64,000 nt of DNA from Methyloceanibacter sp. GTDB taxonomy: Bacteria; Pseudomonadota; Alphaproteobacteria; Rhizobiales; Methyloligellaceae. The position numbers and the translations under genes are program-made. Within the stretch, counting starts at the first letter, position 1; every line of letters begins with the position of its first letter. Shown one piece after another: positions 1 through 9,769 of this stretch. The notes beneath the pieces are model-generated. The model was not told the origin of the DNA and made no database searches. It saw only the letters and a list, made by a program, of their open reading frames with translations. The stretch covers positions 4,194 to 68,193 of the forward strand of contig DATMDY010000093.1 of assembly GCA_035557335.1 (NCBI GenBank), read 5' to 3'.

Positions 1-1
1 C

Positions 2-190
2 CTGACCGACAAGCTCAAGCTGTTGGGCCATTTGCTGATTGGCCGCGACGATTTCATTAAACGTATCGGCAATTTTGCCTTCAATGCCGGCGTTATCGCT
101 AGGGATCCTGACGGAAAAATCGCCACCGCGGATCAGCTGCAGCGCGCTAAGGAGGTTTTGCAGATAACTTCCTTCGCTTCGTGGCGTTGA
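2..190 (+). CDS. 3' end of a CDS entering from the left edge, function unknown
   Basis: Open frame from base 2 (LTDKLKLLGHLLIGRDDFIKRIGNFAFNAG...SFASWR) to TGA at 188-190; no family recognised. Confidence 0.45.
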   Translation: MTDKLKLLGHLLIGRDDFIKRIGNFAFNAGVIARDPDGKIATADQLQRAKEVLQITSFASWR

Positions 191-669
191 TAGATCGGGG
201 GATGCTTCCATCGATCGATTCCTTAAAATCGGCATTCTGCACGGAGCCGGCATACTTCGCGCGGTCTGATGGCACCAAGGGTATCATCAAACAAAAGCAT
301 GCGGCACTCGCTTAGGTGAGGAGCGGACTTAGAAACTCTGCCCGAGGCGAGGCGCTTACAGTGGGACAATCGCGCCAGAAAAGCATAAGAATCATATGGG
401 AAGACTGTTCCACATTTTGTGTAAATCGTTGAATTGATTGACTTGGTTTACTCTGCCCTGACACCATTCCCGCCGCACGGCAGCTCCACCGGCGGCGGCG
501 ACCACCCATCAACGCAGCCTCGAACAGCTTGCGTGCCCTCCAGGTTACGGGCACCCGATTACGATGGCGGTCGGGGGTCACACTCGCCAATGTCGCTGGT
601 CGTGCATGCGTTGCGTTGACAGAGGCGGTGCCGCATTGCACAGGGATGGTCTAAAGGCAAAATGTTCCC

Positions 670-870
670 GTGAAATCGCAGTCCCTCGCCATCCTCGTCA
701 TCGATGAGAACTGAATCCGCGCCTCGATCATCGAGGAGGGGTTGCGCGAGACAGGGCATGAGAACGTCACGGTCGTTAACGACATCGAGGGCATCGCCCA
801 GACCGTCACGTTGATCAATCCCGACGTGATCGTGATCGACCTAGGCAATCCCGGTATCTCATCAAGATAA
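670..870 (+). pseudogene. nasT: NasT-like (ANTAR response regulator) N-terminal remnant
   Basis: GTG at 670 translates MKSQSLAILVIDEN*IRASIIEEGLRETGHENVTVVND...PDVIVIDLGNP, resembling the NasT receiver domain. In-frame TGA at 712-714 sits where Arg (CGA) is expected, and the frame ends before any ANTAR domain. Confidence 0.7.
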
Positions 871-879
871 GCTGAGCTG

Positions 880-1060
880 AGGCCCGCTCAGAACAGCCAG
901 GTGAGGGCGGCCCTTGACGGCGTTGTCGGTGACCTCGTCGGCGAACTGGCCCGAGTAGGACACGCCGTCGATGCCGAAGCCGATGCCGGTCGTGGCAAAA
1001 GCAAGCGACGCGCCGGGGGTCACGTCATCGAAGGCATGCTGCCAGGCGGCGGAGAGATCG
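880..1060 (-). pseudogene. Autotransporter beta-domain C-terminal remnant with internal deletion
   Basis: AAWQHAFDDVTPGASLAFATTGIGFGIDGV|SYSGQFADEVTDNAVKGR resembles the last strands of rhizobial autotransporter barrels, with the segment between two GV dipeptides missing; no passenger domain. Confidence 0.6.
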
Positions 1061-1240
1061 CGATGCCACGCTAACCGCGTTGGCCACGGTCTTCCTAGAT
1101 AGACCGTTTTCACTACTTCACCTGACTTGGGCCTTTCCCGGTGGCCTGAGACCTGGGTTCAGGTTAAGTCGGCAAAAAAAGAATGGTTGTAGACAAGCCC
1201 TGACCGCGACTCCCTTTAGGCCGCGCCGGAGCTTTGTGCA

Positions 1241-2716
1241 CTAGCTAAGCAAATTACGCTCGTGCTTTTCCGACCTTCTGGTGGCCTGTACGGCTCCAGG
1301 TTCCACCGCGCCAATAGGGCCTGCTGATAGCTGGAGCGATTGCATGAAACGGGTGCTCCAGGCGTGGGTAGGATTCTGCCGCAAGGTCTCGATCATCGCG
1401 TGGTGGCGCTCGCGGCGCTCCGCCAACGGCATTGCCATGGCCGCGGCCACCGCGTGCGCAACCGAGTCCGGATCGTACGGATTGACCAGCAGCGCCTGCT
1501 TGCACTCAGCGGCGCTACCCGCAAACCGCGATAGGATAAGGACGCCGGGATCTTCCGGTACTTGCGCAGCGATATACTCTTTCGCAACCAGATTCATGCC
1601 GTCGCGGAGAGGCGTGACAAGGCCGATGCGTGCCGCGCGATAAAGTCCGGCGAGGCTCGACCGGCTATAGGCTCGGTTGAGATAGCGGATCGGCGTCCAC
1701 GCCGCTTCCCCATACATGCCGTTGATACGGCCGGCCGCAGCGCCCACCGCCTGCGCAAGTTCCGAATATTCGGGTATTTCCGCTCTGTTCTTTGGCGCGA
1801 TCTGCAGATAGGTGACTTTGTTTCGCCATTCTGGATGCAGTACGAAGAAACGCTCGAAGGCTTCCATCCGCTCAATGATGCCTTTTGAATAATCGAGACG
1901 ATCGACACCAATCATGAGCGCGCGGTTGTCTAGACTCTCCACCACGTCGCGCACGAAACTGGACTTGGCTGCACGTCGTGCCATCTGCTGGAATTCGTCG
2001 ACATCGATCCCCACGGGAAAGCTCCCGATACGGGTCTGCCGGCCCTCACAAGTAAAGATAAGCTGGTGGTCGGCTGCCTCGACGCTTCTGCGACTTGCCA
2101 GGCGGTGTTCGGCAAGCAAATAGCGGACGAAATTGCCGATATCGGTTTCCGTTTGAAATCCCACCAGATCGTATTGAAGAAGCAGTGGCAGCAGGCGGTC
2201 ATGATTTGGAAGGACAGTGACGACTTCCGGGGCAGGGAACGGAACGTGTAAGAAGAAACCGATGCGATTGTCGTGGCCTCGTTGGCGGAGCTCTTCGGCG
2301 ATCGGAATCAAATGGTAGTCGTGAACCCAGACGATGTCGTCTGGAGCCAGCATTTTGGAAAGCTCGGTCGCGAAATGCCGGTTCACTCTGAAATAGCCGG
2401 TGAGGTCGCGGCGGTTGAACTCCGTCAGATCGATGCGGTAGTGCAGGACGGGCCACAGCACGCGGTTGGCGAAACCGTTGTAATATTCCTGGTAGTCCTC
2501 TTCCGCCAAATCGGTGATGACAAAGGCGCCGCGCTCGCTCTCCACCGCACGCGTGACAACCTTTCCGGCCGGAACGACGTCGCCGCTCCAGCCGAACCAC
2601 ACGCTCTCCATCTCCTTGAGGATCGGGGCGAGCGCGACCTCAAGCCCGCCGGCGCGCTGGTTGGCACCTGGCGCAAGATTGCCCACACGATTGGAAACGA
2701 GGATCAGCCGCGCCAA
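1241..2716 (-). CDS. otsA: Trehalose-6-phosphate synthase (GT20)
   Basis: VSNR, AGGL, YYNGFANRVLWP, WVHDYHL, GFFLHVPFP, GVDRLDYSKG, RDGMNLVAKEY motifs. Confidence 0.96.
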   Translation of the reverse strand: MARLILVSNRVGNLAPGANQRAGGLEVALAPILKEMESVWFGWSGDVVPAGKVVTRAVESERGAFVITDLAEEDYQEYYNGFANRVLWPVLHYRIDLTEFNRRDLTGYFRVNRHFATELSKMLAPDDIVWVHDYHLIPIAEELRQRGHDNRIGFFLHVPFPAPEVVTVLPNHDRLLPLLLQYDLVGFQTETDIGNFVRYLLAEHRLASRRSVEAADHQLIFTCEGRQTRIGSFPVGIDVDEFQQMARRAAKSSFVRDVVESLDNRALMIGVDRLDYSKGIIERMEAFERFFVLHPEWRNKVTYLQIAPKNRAEIPEYSELAQAVGAAAGRINGMYGEAAWTPIRYLNRAYSRSSLAGLYRAARIGLVTPLRDGMNLVAKEYIAAQVPEDPGVLILSRFAGSAAECKQALLVNPYDPDSVAHAVAAAMAMPLAERRERHHAMIETLRQNPTHAWSTRFMQSLQLSAGPIGAVEPGAVQATRRSEKHERNLLS

Positions 2717-4512
2717 TATCTATCCTCCCAGCTTCGCGACAGCCGCATGGCGGTCAGGATCATTCCTGCCATCGAATAGGTTTGCGGGAAATTGCCCCAA
2801 AGCTCCCCGGTATGAGGGTGAATGTCTTCAGCGAGAAGGCCATAGCGATTGCGGTGGCGAAGCGCGTCGTCAAAAAGCTCACGCGCTTCCTCGCGGCGCC
2901 CGAGCCACCACCAAGCGTCGATCAGCCAGAAACGGCAGGTGAGGAACGCGGCTTCGGGCATACCGAAATCGTCCTGGCCAGCATAACGCATCATGTGTTG
3001 ACCGCGCATTAGCTCTCGCTCCACCGCGGGGACGGTGCGCGCGTAACGGGGATCGTCCGGTTCGATCAGGCCGATCTCGGGCAGGAGGAGGACGCTCGCG
3101 TCGAGCGCCTCGCTATCGAATGCGGCCGTAAACGCTCCGCGCTTTTCGCTCCAGGCGTGCTCTAGAAGCGTCGTCTGAATGTTGTCGGCGATCGCTGACC
3201 ATTTGGCAGCCCGGTCATGTAATCCAAGATGCGATCCGATGGCCGCCAGCCGGCTGCAGCCGGCCCAACACATCGCGGCTGAATAGGTGTGGACCTGGGT
3301 GCGGCCGCGATATTCCCAGATGCCGGCATCCGGCTCAAAGGCTGCTTTCGCCGCTTTGTGGCCAAGTGATTCTAGCAGATGGAAAAGGCCCACATTTCCC
3401 TGACGAGGCAGGCGGCGGTCGAAGAACATCGGCATGGCTGCGAGAATGATGCTCCCGTACGTGTCATTCTGATTTTGATGAACCGCGGCATTACCGATAC
3501 GGACGGGCCCGTCTCCGCGATAGCCGTCGAGGTTGGGAGTAATTTTCTCATCCAGAGAATCGTTCGGCACGACACCATAGACGGGGTGCAGAACCTCCTC
3601 GGATGCAACACCGAGAATGAAGGAGATGAATCCTTCCATCGTCTTGGATGCACCCAAGCGATTAAGCGCCTTGACGACGAAATAAGCGTCCCGCAGCCAG
3701 CAATACCGGTAGTCCCAGGTTCGCCCAGACCCAGGCGCTTCCGGAATGGATGTCGTCAAGGCGGCGACGATGCCGCCCGTCTCCTCGAAATTGGAAAGCT
3801 TCAGCGAGATCGCCGCGCGGATGATCGCATCCTGCCAGTCGTAGGCAATCCACAGACGTCGCACCCAGTCCAACCAATAGTCCCGCGTGCGATCGGCGAA
3901 TTCACGGCAGGTCATGACGATGTCGCCGGTCATCGACTCATCGGGGCCGAGCATCATATGGATCGGCTTGGTGAGCACGAACGACGTTTCTTTCTCGATA
4001 TAGGAGAGGGGCCCATCGGTCGTAAGCCGGATGGCGAGGGTGCTACCCCGATAGGTGATGTGGTTGCTGCCGACCGAGCGGTCCTCGATCGGTAATCCAT
4101 AGTTAAAGGTCGGGCGCACTCTGATGGTGATGCGCGGCAGGCCGGCCAGCGGTTCGATGATGCGGATGAGCTGAGGCGGCCGGAACATGCGTCCGAATTG
4201 CCGGAAGCGCGGCGCGAAGTCGGTGATCCTGATGGACGCGCCGCGACTGTCGGTCAGGACGGTCGACAGGACCGCCGTGTTCCGCTCGTAATCAGATGTG
4301 TAGTCCACCATGTCGTCAAGGACGACGTCGGAAAATCCCTTCTCCTCGGTCCCGGCCAGCAGGCGGGAGAACACGGGGTCGCTATCGAAGCGCGGATAAC
4401 ACCACCACACGAGACGCGCGGTTGGCTCGACCAGAGCCGCCGTCTGCCCGTTGCCGATAACGGCGAGATCGAGTCCGAAATCGTTTATGCTCATGTTCTG
4501 CTGCGGTGCCAT
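2704..4512 (-). CDS. Glycoside hydrolase family 15 (trehalase/glucoamylase-like)
   Basis: AALTTSIPE, WDYRYCWLRDA, DAGIWEYRG, GLLAED, GNFPQTYS; lies between otsB and otsA. Confidence 0.92.
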   Translation of the reverse strand: MAPQQNMSINDFGLDLAVIGNGQTAALVEPTARLVWWCYPRFDSDPVFSRLLAGTEEKGFSDVVLDDMVDYTSDYERNTAVLSTVLTDSRGASIRITDFAPRFRQFGRMFRPPQLIRIIEPLAGLPRITIRVRPTFNYGLPIEDRSVGSNHITYRGSTLAIRLTTDGPLSYIEKETSFVLTKPIHMMLGPDESMTGDIVMTCREFADRTRDYWLDWVRRLWIAYDWQDAIIRAAISLKLSNFEETGGIVAALTTSIPEAPGSGRTWDYRYCWLRDAYFVVKALNRLGASKTMEGFISFILGVASEEVLHPVYGVVPNDSLDEKITPNLDGYRGDGPVRIGNAAVHQNQNDTYGSIILAAMPMFFDRRLPRQGNVGLFHLLESLGHKAAKAAFEPDAGIWEYRGRTQVHTYSAAMCWAGCSRLAAIGSHLGLHDRAAKWSAIADNIQTTLLEHAWSEKRGAFTAAFDSEALDASVLLLPEIGLIEPDDPRYARTVPAVERELMRGQHMMRYAGQDDFGMPEAAFLTCRFWLIDAWWWLGRREEARELFDDALRHRNRYGLLAEDIHPHTGELWGNFPQTYSMAGMILTAMRLSRSWEDRYWRG

Positions 4513-5273
4513 ATCTCGGTAAGCCAGGCTCTAACGTCTTGCGATGTGCCGAAGGTGCCGTGCGTGCCAGGAACCGGCTTGCCCACGGAATAGCCGATGC
4601 CGTCGAGGTCCGGCAGGATGGCGAACACGGATTCGTCAGTCGTGTCGTCGCCGATGAAGAGGGGGGTTCGGTCTGCGAACGGTTGATGGCGCATGAGCTC
4701 GCACACAGCGAGCCCTTTGCTGAACTGCTTGGGCTTGATGTCGATTACGTATTTGCCGAACAGGAGTTCCACGGTGCCGGCATGCTCACCGGCCACGATC
4801 TCGCGCATGGCGGTCTTGAGGAAGGTCTCGTGTTCGGGCGCAAGCCGGTAATGCAGCGCCATCGAGTGAGACTTGTCCTCCAGGATCACGCGAGAATCGG
4901 TGGCGGCCAATTTGTGCAGCCGTTCGCGAAGGGATCGCGGCAGTACGATGGGCGATATCTCTACAATGGATGCTCCGGGAGACAGCCGCATCTCGGCGCC
5001 ATGACCGCCAATCGCGGGAGCGATAAGCGGCGAGAACAGACGATCGAGCGTGTGGATCGCCCTGCCGCTGACCAGCGCCACCGAGCCGCCCGAGCGCTCG
5101 ATCAAATCTCCAAGGATCTGCCGAAGCTCTGGCGGTACCACGACCGCGTCGGGCGTCGGCGCAATGTCGAGCAACGTCCCATCGACATCCAGAAGGAGTG
5201 CCGTGCTTGACAGATCGATATCGGCCGGCAACGGAGAGCCGTCCGGTCTATGTGCGTGTGCTGCAATCCGCAT
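4491..5273 (-). CDS. otsB: Trehalose-6-phosphate phosphatase (HAD)
   Basis: LLDVDGTL, VSGR, GGHGAE, EDK, FIGDDTTDE motifs; start placed at ATG 5273 (uncertain). Confidence 0.92.
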   Translation of the reverse strand: MRIAAHAHRPDGSPLPADIDLSSTALLLDVDGTLLDIAPTPDAVVVPPELRQILGDLIERSGGSVALVSGRAIHTLDRLFSPLIAPAIGGHGAEMRLSPGASIVEISPIVLPRSLRERLHKLAATDSRVILEDKSHSMALHYRLAPEHETFLKTAMREIVAGEHAGTVELLFGKYVIDIKPKQFSKGLAVCELMRHQPFADRTPLFIGDDTTDESVFAILPDLDGIGYSVGKPVPGTHGTFGTSQDVRAWLTEIWHRSRT

Positions 5274-5333
5274 TACTCGTGTTGCTAGGATTTCAAGGAA
5301 CGTTGGTGGGTCCCATTTGGGGGATAACACCTA

Positions 5334-5358
5334 AACGCACGAAGGGCAAATAAGCTCC
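5334..5358 (-). promoter_or_regulatory. Possible general-stress (EcfG-type) promoter for otsB-GH15-otsA
   Basis: Minus strand reads GGAGC-N16-CGTT, one mismatch from the GGAAC-N16/17-CGTT consensus, ~60 nt upstream of otsB. Confidence 0.3.
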
Positions 5359-5407
5359 ATGCGCAACCGATGCAGATGCGCGACATCTCGTCTCTCTGAA
5401 GTCTCGA

Positions 5408-6409
5408 CTAGATAAAGTGAGTGCAGAGTTTTGCACGCAGAGCGGCGGCGGCGCCTTTGAGTGTGGCGAACTCCGCGAGGATCACGAAAACCGGAATCGG
5501 CGCGAGATAGGCGCGCATGCGGCCCTTCTGCTCGAAGGCCTCGCGAAACGGACCGGCCGAAAGAACGGCAGTGATCTTCGGCACGATACCGCCGCCGATA
5601 TAGACGCCGCCGCGCGCGCCGAAAGCGAGAGCCATGTTGCCGGCAAAGCGCCCGAGCCAAGTGCTGAATATCTCGATGGCCTCGTCGGCTATGGCGTCAT
5701 CCCCGGCCAGCGCCCACGCCACCACATCGATCGACTCCGGCACTGTTGCACCTCTCGCTTCAGCGATTGCGCGGTACAGATTGGCCAAGCCGGGGCCTGA
5801 GATCGCTTTCTCCGCCGATAAATGACCTCCTGCCTTCGGCAGCTTGGCGAGGAGAGCCAGCTCCTCCACATCGTGCGCGCCGAGCGAGATATGTCCGCCT
5901 TCTCCCGGCACCGCGATCCAACGATCCTCCGACTGGACAAGCCCGGCGACGCCAAGCCCGGTTCCCGGTCCGAGAACCACCTTGGTCGCATGCTCTTCGG
6001 GTAACGATCCGCCAATTTGATAAAGCTCGGCAGGCGCAAGCACGGGGAGCGAAAGCGCAAGCGCCTCGAAGTCATTGACGACGTGAATCGTCTTGAAGCC
6101 ACAGGAGAGGCACAGATTGCTTGTGTGAAAAGACCACTGCGAGTTTGTCAGGCGGACTTCTTCATCAGATACCGGTGCCGCGACGGCGAGAACAGCTTGA
6201 TCCGGCCTATCGTCAAGACCGCCAAGATAATCGTGCAGCGCTGCTTCCAACGTGCTGTGCCTGGAACAAGGGGCATGGCGAATATGCGTGAGTTCGAGGG
6301 TCGCAAGGTCGGCCAAGGCGAACCGTGCATTGGTTCCTCCAATGTCGGCGACCATAGCTCGGTTCGGTGGTCCATCTCTTTTTTGCATGGGCGACCGTGT
6401 AGCTGGCAT
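5408..6409 (-). CDS. glk: Glucokinase
   Basis: ADIGGTNARF, NDFEA, GPGTGLG, GEGGH, GVYIGGGI, FEQKGR. Confidence 0.95.
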   Translation of the reverse strand: MPATRSPMQKRDGPPNRAMVADIGGTNARFALADLATLELTHIRHAPCSRHSTLEAALHDYLGGLDDRPDQAVLAVAAPVSDEEVRLTNSQWSFHTSNLCLSCGFKTIHVVNDFEALALSLPVLAPAELYQIGGSLPEEHATKVVLGPGTGLGVAGLVQSEDRWIAVPGEGGHISLGAHDVEELALLAKLPKAGGHLSAEKAISGPGLANLYRAIAEARGATVPESIDVVAWALAGDDAIADEAIEIFSTWLGRFAGNMALAFGARGGVYIGGGIVPKITAVLSAGPFREAFEQKGRMRAYLAPIPVFVILAEFATLKGAAAALRAKLCTHFI

Positions 6410-6609
6410 GAGACAGAGTGAGTTCCATTTTGTCGACCGTCAGCAGCTCCGGCAAGCCGAGATGAGGAAATTTAGTGATTTGGTTGCGAGGATACCTTGT
6501 CTGTTTGCTGTAGAAATCCCCGTATTTTTCAGGAGATCAGGGAATTTCACGAGCGAGACACGTTCGCGGCAGTCTCCCATACAGCCAGCCAGTCGCGAAT
6601 GATCGCTAA

Positions 6610-7362
6610 CTACTCGTCATCGTCGATGACGATGGAGACGCGAGCCGCGGCAAACACGCTCGAATCGTAGTTTATCGGTCGGCCGTCCGGAACAGCATTG
6701 ACGCTCGCCCAGACAAGGACCGGCGCCATGCGCGGCTGGCCCAGATCGGCGGCTTCCTGGGGCGTAGGCTGGCGCGCCGCAAGCCGGGTTGCTGTTCGGC
6801 GGTAACCAACAACACCGTAACTTGCGAAGGTCTTGGTGATCGATCGGGTCCTGCCGAACCGTTCGGCAAAGTCCGGAAAGAGATCTGCCGGCACGAAGTG
6901 GCGGGCAATCAGGATCGGCACATGGTTGCCAAGACGCAAGAGCTCGATCATGACTACCTTGTCTCCGGGATCGATAGCGAGATTGTCGGCAACCTCTTCC
7001 GTTGCAAGTAGAGTCCCGGCACGTAGAACACGGCCGGACGGCATTTTTCCCGCTCCCGCCATGTTGTCCGTGAAGCGGGAACGGCCCCCCAAGTGATAGG
7101 CAATCGGGCCGGCAGCGACAAAGGTTCCCTTTCCACGCCGAATCTCCAGCATTCCTTGACCGCAGAGCGATTCGATCGCGCGCCGGACCGTGTGCCTGTG
7201 AATCCCGAGAGTCTCGGCGAGCTGATGCTCGCCAGGCAATTGCTCTCCAGCCTTCAGCTCTTCGGTCCGGATTGCCCGCCGAATTGCATGCTCAACCTGG
7301 AGCCAAAGCGGCCAGAGGGGTGACTCGGTTTCCTCAGGTAAGGAAATGAGCGGTACAGCCAT
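6610..7362 (-). CDS. phnF: GntR/HutC-family phosphonate metabolism regulator
   Basis: GntR HTH (LPGEHQLAETLGIHRHTVRRAI, RGKGTFV) plus UTRA domain (SRFTDNM, SITKTF); divergent from the phnA-like gene. Confidence 0.85.
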   Translation of the reverse strand: MAVPLISLPEETESPLWPLWLQVEHAIRRAIRTEELKAGEQLPGEHQLAETLGIHRHTVRRAIESLCGQGMLEIRRGKGTFVAAGPIAYHLGGRSRFTDNMAGAGKMPSGRVLRAGTLLATEEVADNLAIDPGDKVVMIELLRLGNHVPILIARHFVPADLFPDFAERFGRTRSITKTFASYGVVGYRRTATRLAARQPTPQEAADLGQPRMAPVLVWASVNAVPDGRPINYDSSVFAAARVSIVIDDDE

Positions 7363-7365
7363 TAA

Positions 7366-7383
7366 CCGTCATCCCGTCGTCAT
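7366..7383 (+). promoter_or_regulatory. Pho box (PhoB site)
   Basis: CCGTCAT-CCCG-TCGTCAT, an 11-bp-period direct repeat matching CTGTCAT-N4-CTGTCAT, between phnF and the phnA-like gene. Confidence 0.65.
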
Positions 7384-7408
7384 GAAAAGCGATTAGGGTC
7401 GAGCTAAC

Positions 7409-7420
7409 TTGTACAGACAT
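7409..7420. promoter_or_regulatory. Putative PhnF operator
   Basis: TTGTACAGACAT resembles the HutC-family TGTCTAGACA-type palindrome, just upstream of the phnA-like start. Confidence 0.4.
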
Positions 7421-7440
7421 CTGTGCAACAGGATGATGAC

Positions 7441-8631
7441 ATGCCCGGTGCCAATACATACCAAGCCAATGGTCACCAAAGAACGGTGGTCGTCATGTTC
7501 GATGGGCTCGGTCTCGACTATTACCGCCAGTCTCCGTTGCCGACGCTCAAGGCCTGGGCGAAAGGCGGCCTATTCGCCGAGGTCGAAGCCGTGCTGCCGA
7601 CCGTGACCAACGCGAACAATGCCTCGATTTGCTGCGGCGCCTGGCCGAACGTGCACGGTATCATCGGCAATTCCTATCTGGATGAGCGCACCGGCGAAGA
7701 GGAATATCTCGAGGACAGGGCGCTGCTGCGCGCACCCACGCTATTCGAGCGTGCCGCACGCGAAGGTGTGCGCTCAGCGCTCCTGACCAGCAAGAAGAAG
7801 ACGACGTCGCTGCTGGGTAGCGGTGCCGAGATTCTTCTGGCCGCCGAGGCGCCCGATGGCAATTGGGAGGAAATCCTGGGGGCTGCTCCAGGAATTTATT
7901 CGCGTGAGATCAATTACTGGCTCTTGCGCGCGGCAATTCACATTCTCCGCACGCGGCCTGAAATCGGCTGTCTCTATGTGCATACCACGGATTACGCGAT
8001 GCATGAATGGGCGCCGGAGAAGCCGGAGTCGCAGGAGCACGTCGCCACGATCGACGCGCTTCTGCGGGAGGCGGCTGAGGTCGCACCAGACGCTGCATTC
8101 CTCGTGAGCGCCGATCACGGCTTGAACTACAAGTCTCGCTGCTGGGATCTCGAAAAGGCTTGTGCCGCGCGCGGCCAGCCGATCCGCATCGCCATTTCTG
8201 CCGAGAGGGACAAATATCTCCGCCACCATCGCGGCTTTGGCGGCATGGCCTGGGTGTATGTGCTGAAGCCAGAGGACGTCGCCGCGGTAAAATCGCTTAT
8301 ACTGTCGTTGGAAGGCGTCGACTCCGTGCTGACGCGCGCCGAGGCGGTGGAGAAGTTTCACCTGATGTCCGAGCGTATCGGCGATCTCGTCGTGATCGGT
8401 GATCGTGACACCGTGTTTGGCCATCTCGAAACGGACATTGAGAACCTGCCGTCTAGCTATCGCAGCCATGGCTCGTATCATGAGCTCGACGTGCCTTTGA
8501 TCCTGCACAATGCGAAAGGCGCTCCAAGCCGCAACTATTTCCGTAACAATCTCGACCTCGCCCGCTGGCTATACCCAGTTTCCGACACTGGGCCTGGGAA
8601 GATCGAAGCTAGGGATGCGATGCCTGTGTAA
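7441..8631 (+). CDS. Phosphonoacetate hydrolase-like alkaline phosphatase superfamily enzyme (divergent PhnA)
   Basis: FDG, PTVTNANNASI (Thr nucleophile region), TTDYAMH, ADHG, RIGDLVV, RSHGS; next to phnF. Confidence 0.8.
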   Translation: MPGANTYQANGHQRTVVVMFDGLGLDYYRQSPLPTLKAWAKGGLFAEVEAVLPTVTNANNASICCGAWPNVHGIIGNSYLDERTGEEEYLEDRALLRAPTLFERAAREGVRSALLTSKKKTTSLLGSGAEILLAAEAPDGNWEEILGAAPGIYSREINYWLLRAAIHILRTRPEIGCLYVHTTDYAMHEWAPEKPESQEHVATIDALLREAAEVAPDAAFLVSADHGLNYKSRCWDLEKACAARGQPIRIAISAERDKYLRHHRGFGGMAWVYVLKPEDVAAVKSLILSLEGVDSVLTRAEAVEKFHLMSERIGDLVVIGDRDTVFGHLETDIENLPSSYRSHGSYHELDVPLILHNAKGAPSRNYFRNNLDLARWLYPVSDTGPGKIEARDAMPV

Positions 8632-8771
8632 ATAAAGATCTGTGGCATCGCCGCATACAACTAGAGAAACTATGCGCTGGCCTTCGGGATAAAGACGGTC
8701 AGACAATATGACCGTGCCGATTACTCAAATGATTTGAATTCTGTATTGCTTCTTATTTCGAAGCCGCATCT

Positions 8772-8789
8772 CCGTCATCAAACTGAAAT
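8772..8789 (+). promoter_or_regulatory. Pho box upstream of pstS-like gene
   Basis: CCGTCAT-CAAA-CTGAAAT, 11-bp period, ~90 nt before the ATG at 8876. Confidence 0.55.
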
Positions 8790-8875
8790 CACACAAAGCT
8801 AGGCTTTCAACGTGCGATCAACGCGAGAACCGCGTGCGATTGCCTCAAGAACAGTTCGGCGACGGAGGCAAACTG

Positions 8876-9769
8876 ATGAACCATCTAACCATCCGCAAAG
8901 CGGCGGTGGGTGCCGCAACATTGATACTGAGTTCAATGCTTGGGCTTTACGTTCCGGCGCAGGCGCAAAGCGATGCGCTGCGAGTCGGCGGCTCGACCAC
9001 GCTCGTGCCAAGCGTGGTCAATGCGGCAAGCACCTTCATGGAGACCTACGAGAGTTGGGATAAGGCGGGCACCGGTCTGCCGGCAGAGCAGACCATCATC
9101 TACGTGACGGGTGGTGGCTCAGGCTTCGGTGTGAAGTCGGCGACCAATGGCACAGTCGATATCGGCATGGCTTCGCGCGACCTTAAAGATAAAGAGAAGA
9201 CCGCCCTCGGTAAATATGAAGCGGTGCTGGTCGGCAAGGATGCCGTGGCTATTGCGACGAACGTAGACAATCCGTTGGCCAAGCTGCGCAACGATCTGAC
9301 GAGCGACGAGGTGCGCAAGCTGTTCAGCGGTGAATACAAGACCTACAAGGAGTTCGAAGCGTCGCTGCCTGACCAGGAGATCGTTCTTTTGGTGCGTGAT
9401 GCGAGCGCCGGCTCCGCCGAGATCTTCCAGGAAAAGGTCATGGGCGACGCGCAGATATCGCCCCACGCGCTCCAAATGCCAAGTCAGGGCGCGCTGGTGA
9501 AGAAGCTCGAATCCAATTCCAATGCGTTGGCCTACATGTCTTCGGGCCTTGCCAACGACAATGAGAGCATCCGGACTTTCGCGCTAGATGGTATCGCGCC
9601 GACCAATGCGAATGTCGTCGGGGGCACTTATCCGCTGGCACGCCCGCTTCTGCTCATCGTCAAGGGCGAACCGACCCCGATGGCGAAACGCTTTATCGAC
9701 TACATGCTTACACAGGGACAGGTCACCGTTTCGGGGCAGGGTTATGTGCCGGTGAGCGACGTCCAATAA
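8876..9769 (+). CDS. pstS: PstS-family phosphate/oxyanion-binding protein
   Basis: Signal peptide; GGSTT, GGGSGFG, DIGMASR, YPLARPL motifs; GGAGG RBS. Confidence 0.85.
   Translation: MNHLTIRKAAVGAATLILSSMLGLYVPAQAQSDALRVGGSTTLVPSVVNAASTFMETYESWDKAGTGLPAEQTIIYVTGGGSGFGVKSATNGTVDIGMASRDLKDKEKTALGKYEAVLVGKDAVAIATNVDNPLAKLRNDLTSDEVRKLFSGEYKTYKEFEASLPDQEIVLLVRDASAGSAEIFQEKVMGDAQISPHALQMPSQGALVKKLESNSNALAYMSSGLANDNESIRTFALDGIAPTNANVVGGTYPLARPLLLIVKGEPTPMAKRFIDYMLTQGQVTVSGQGYVPVSDVQ

Noticed and set aside
312-848. Short ORFs 312-641, 434-619, 559-759, 651-848
   Set aside because: No recognisable product or RBS; two are antisense to the nasT remnant.
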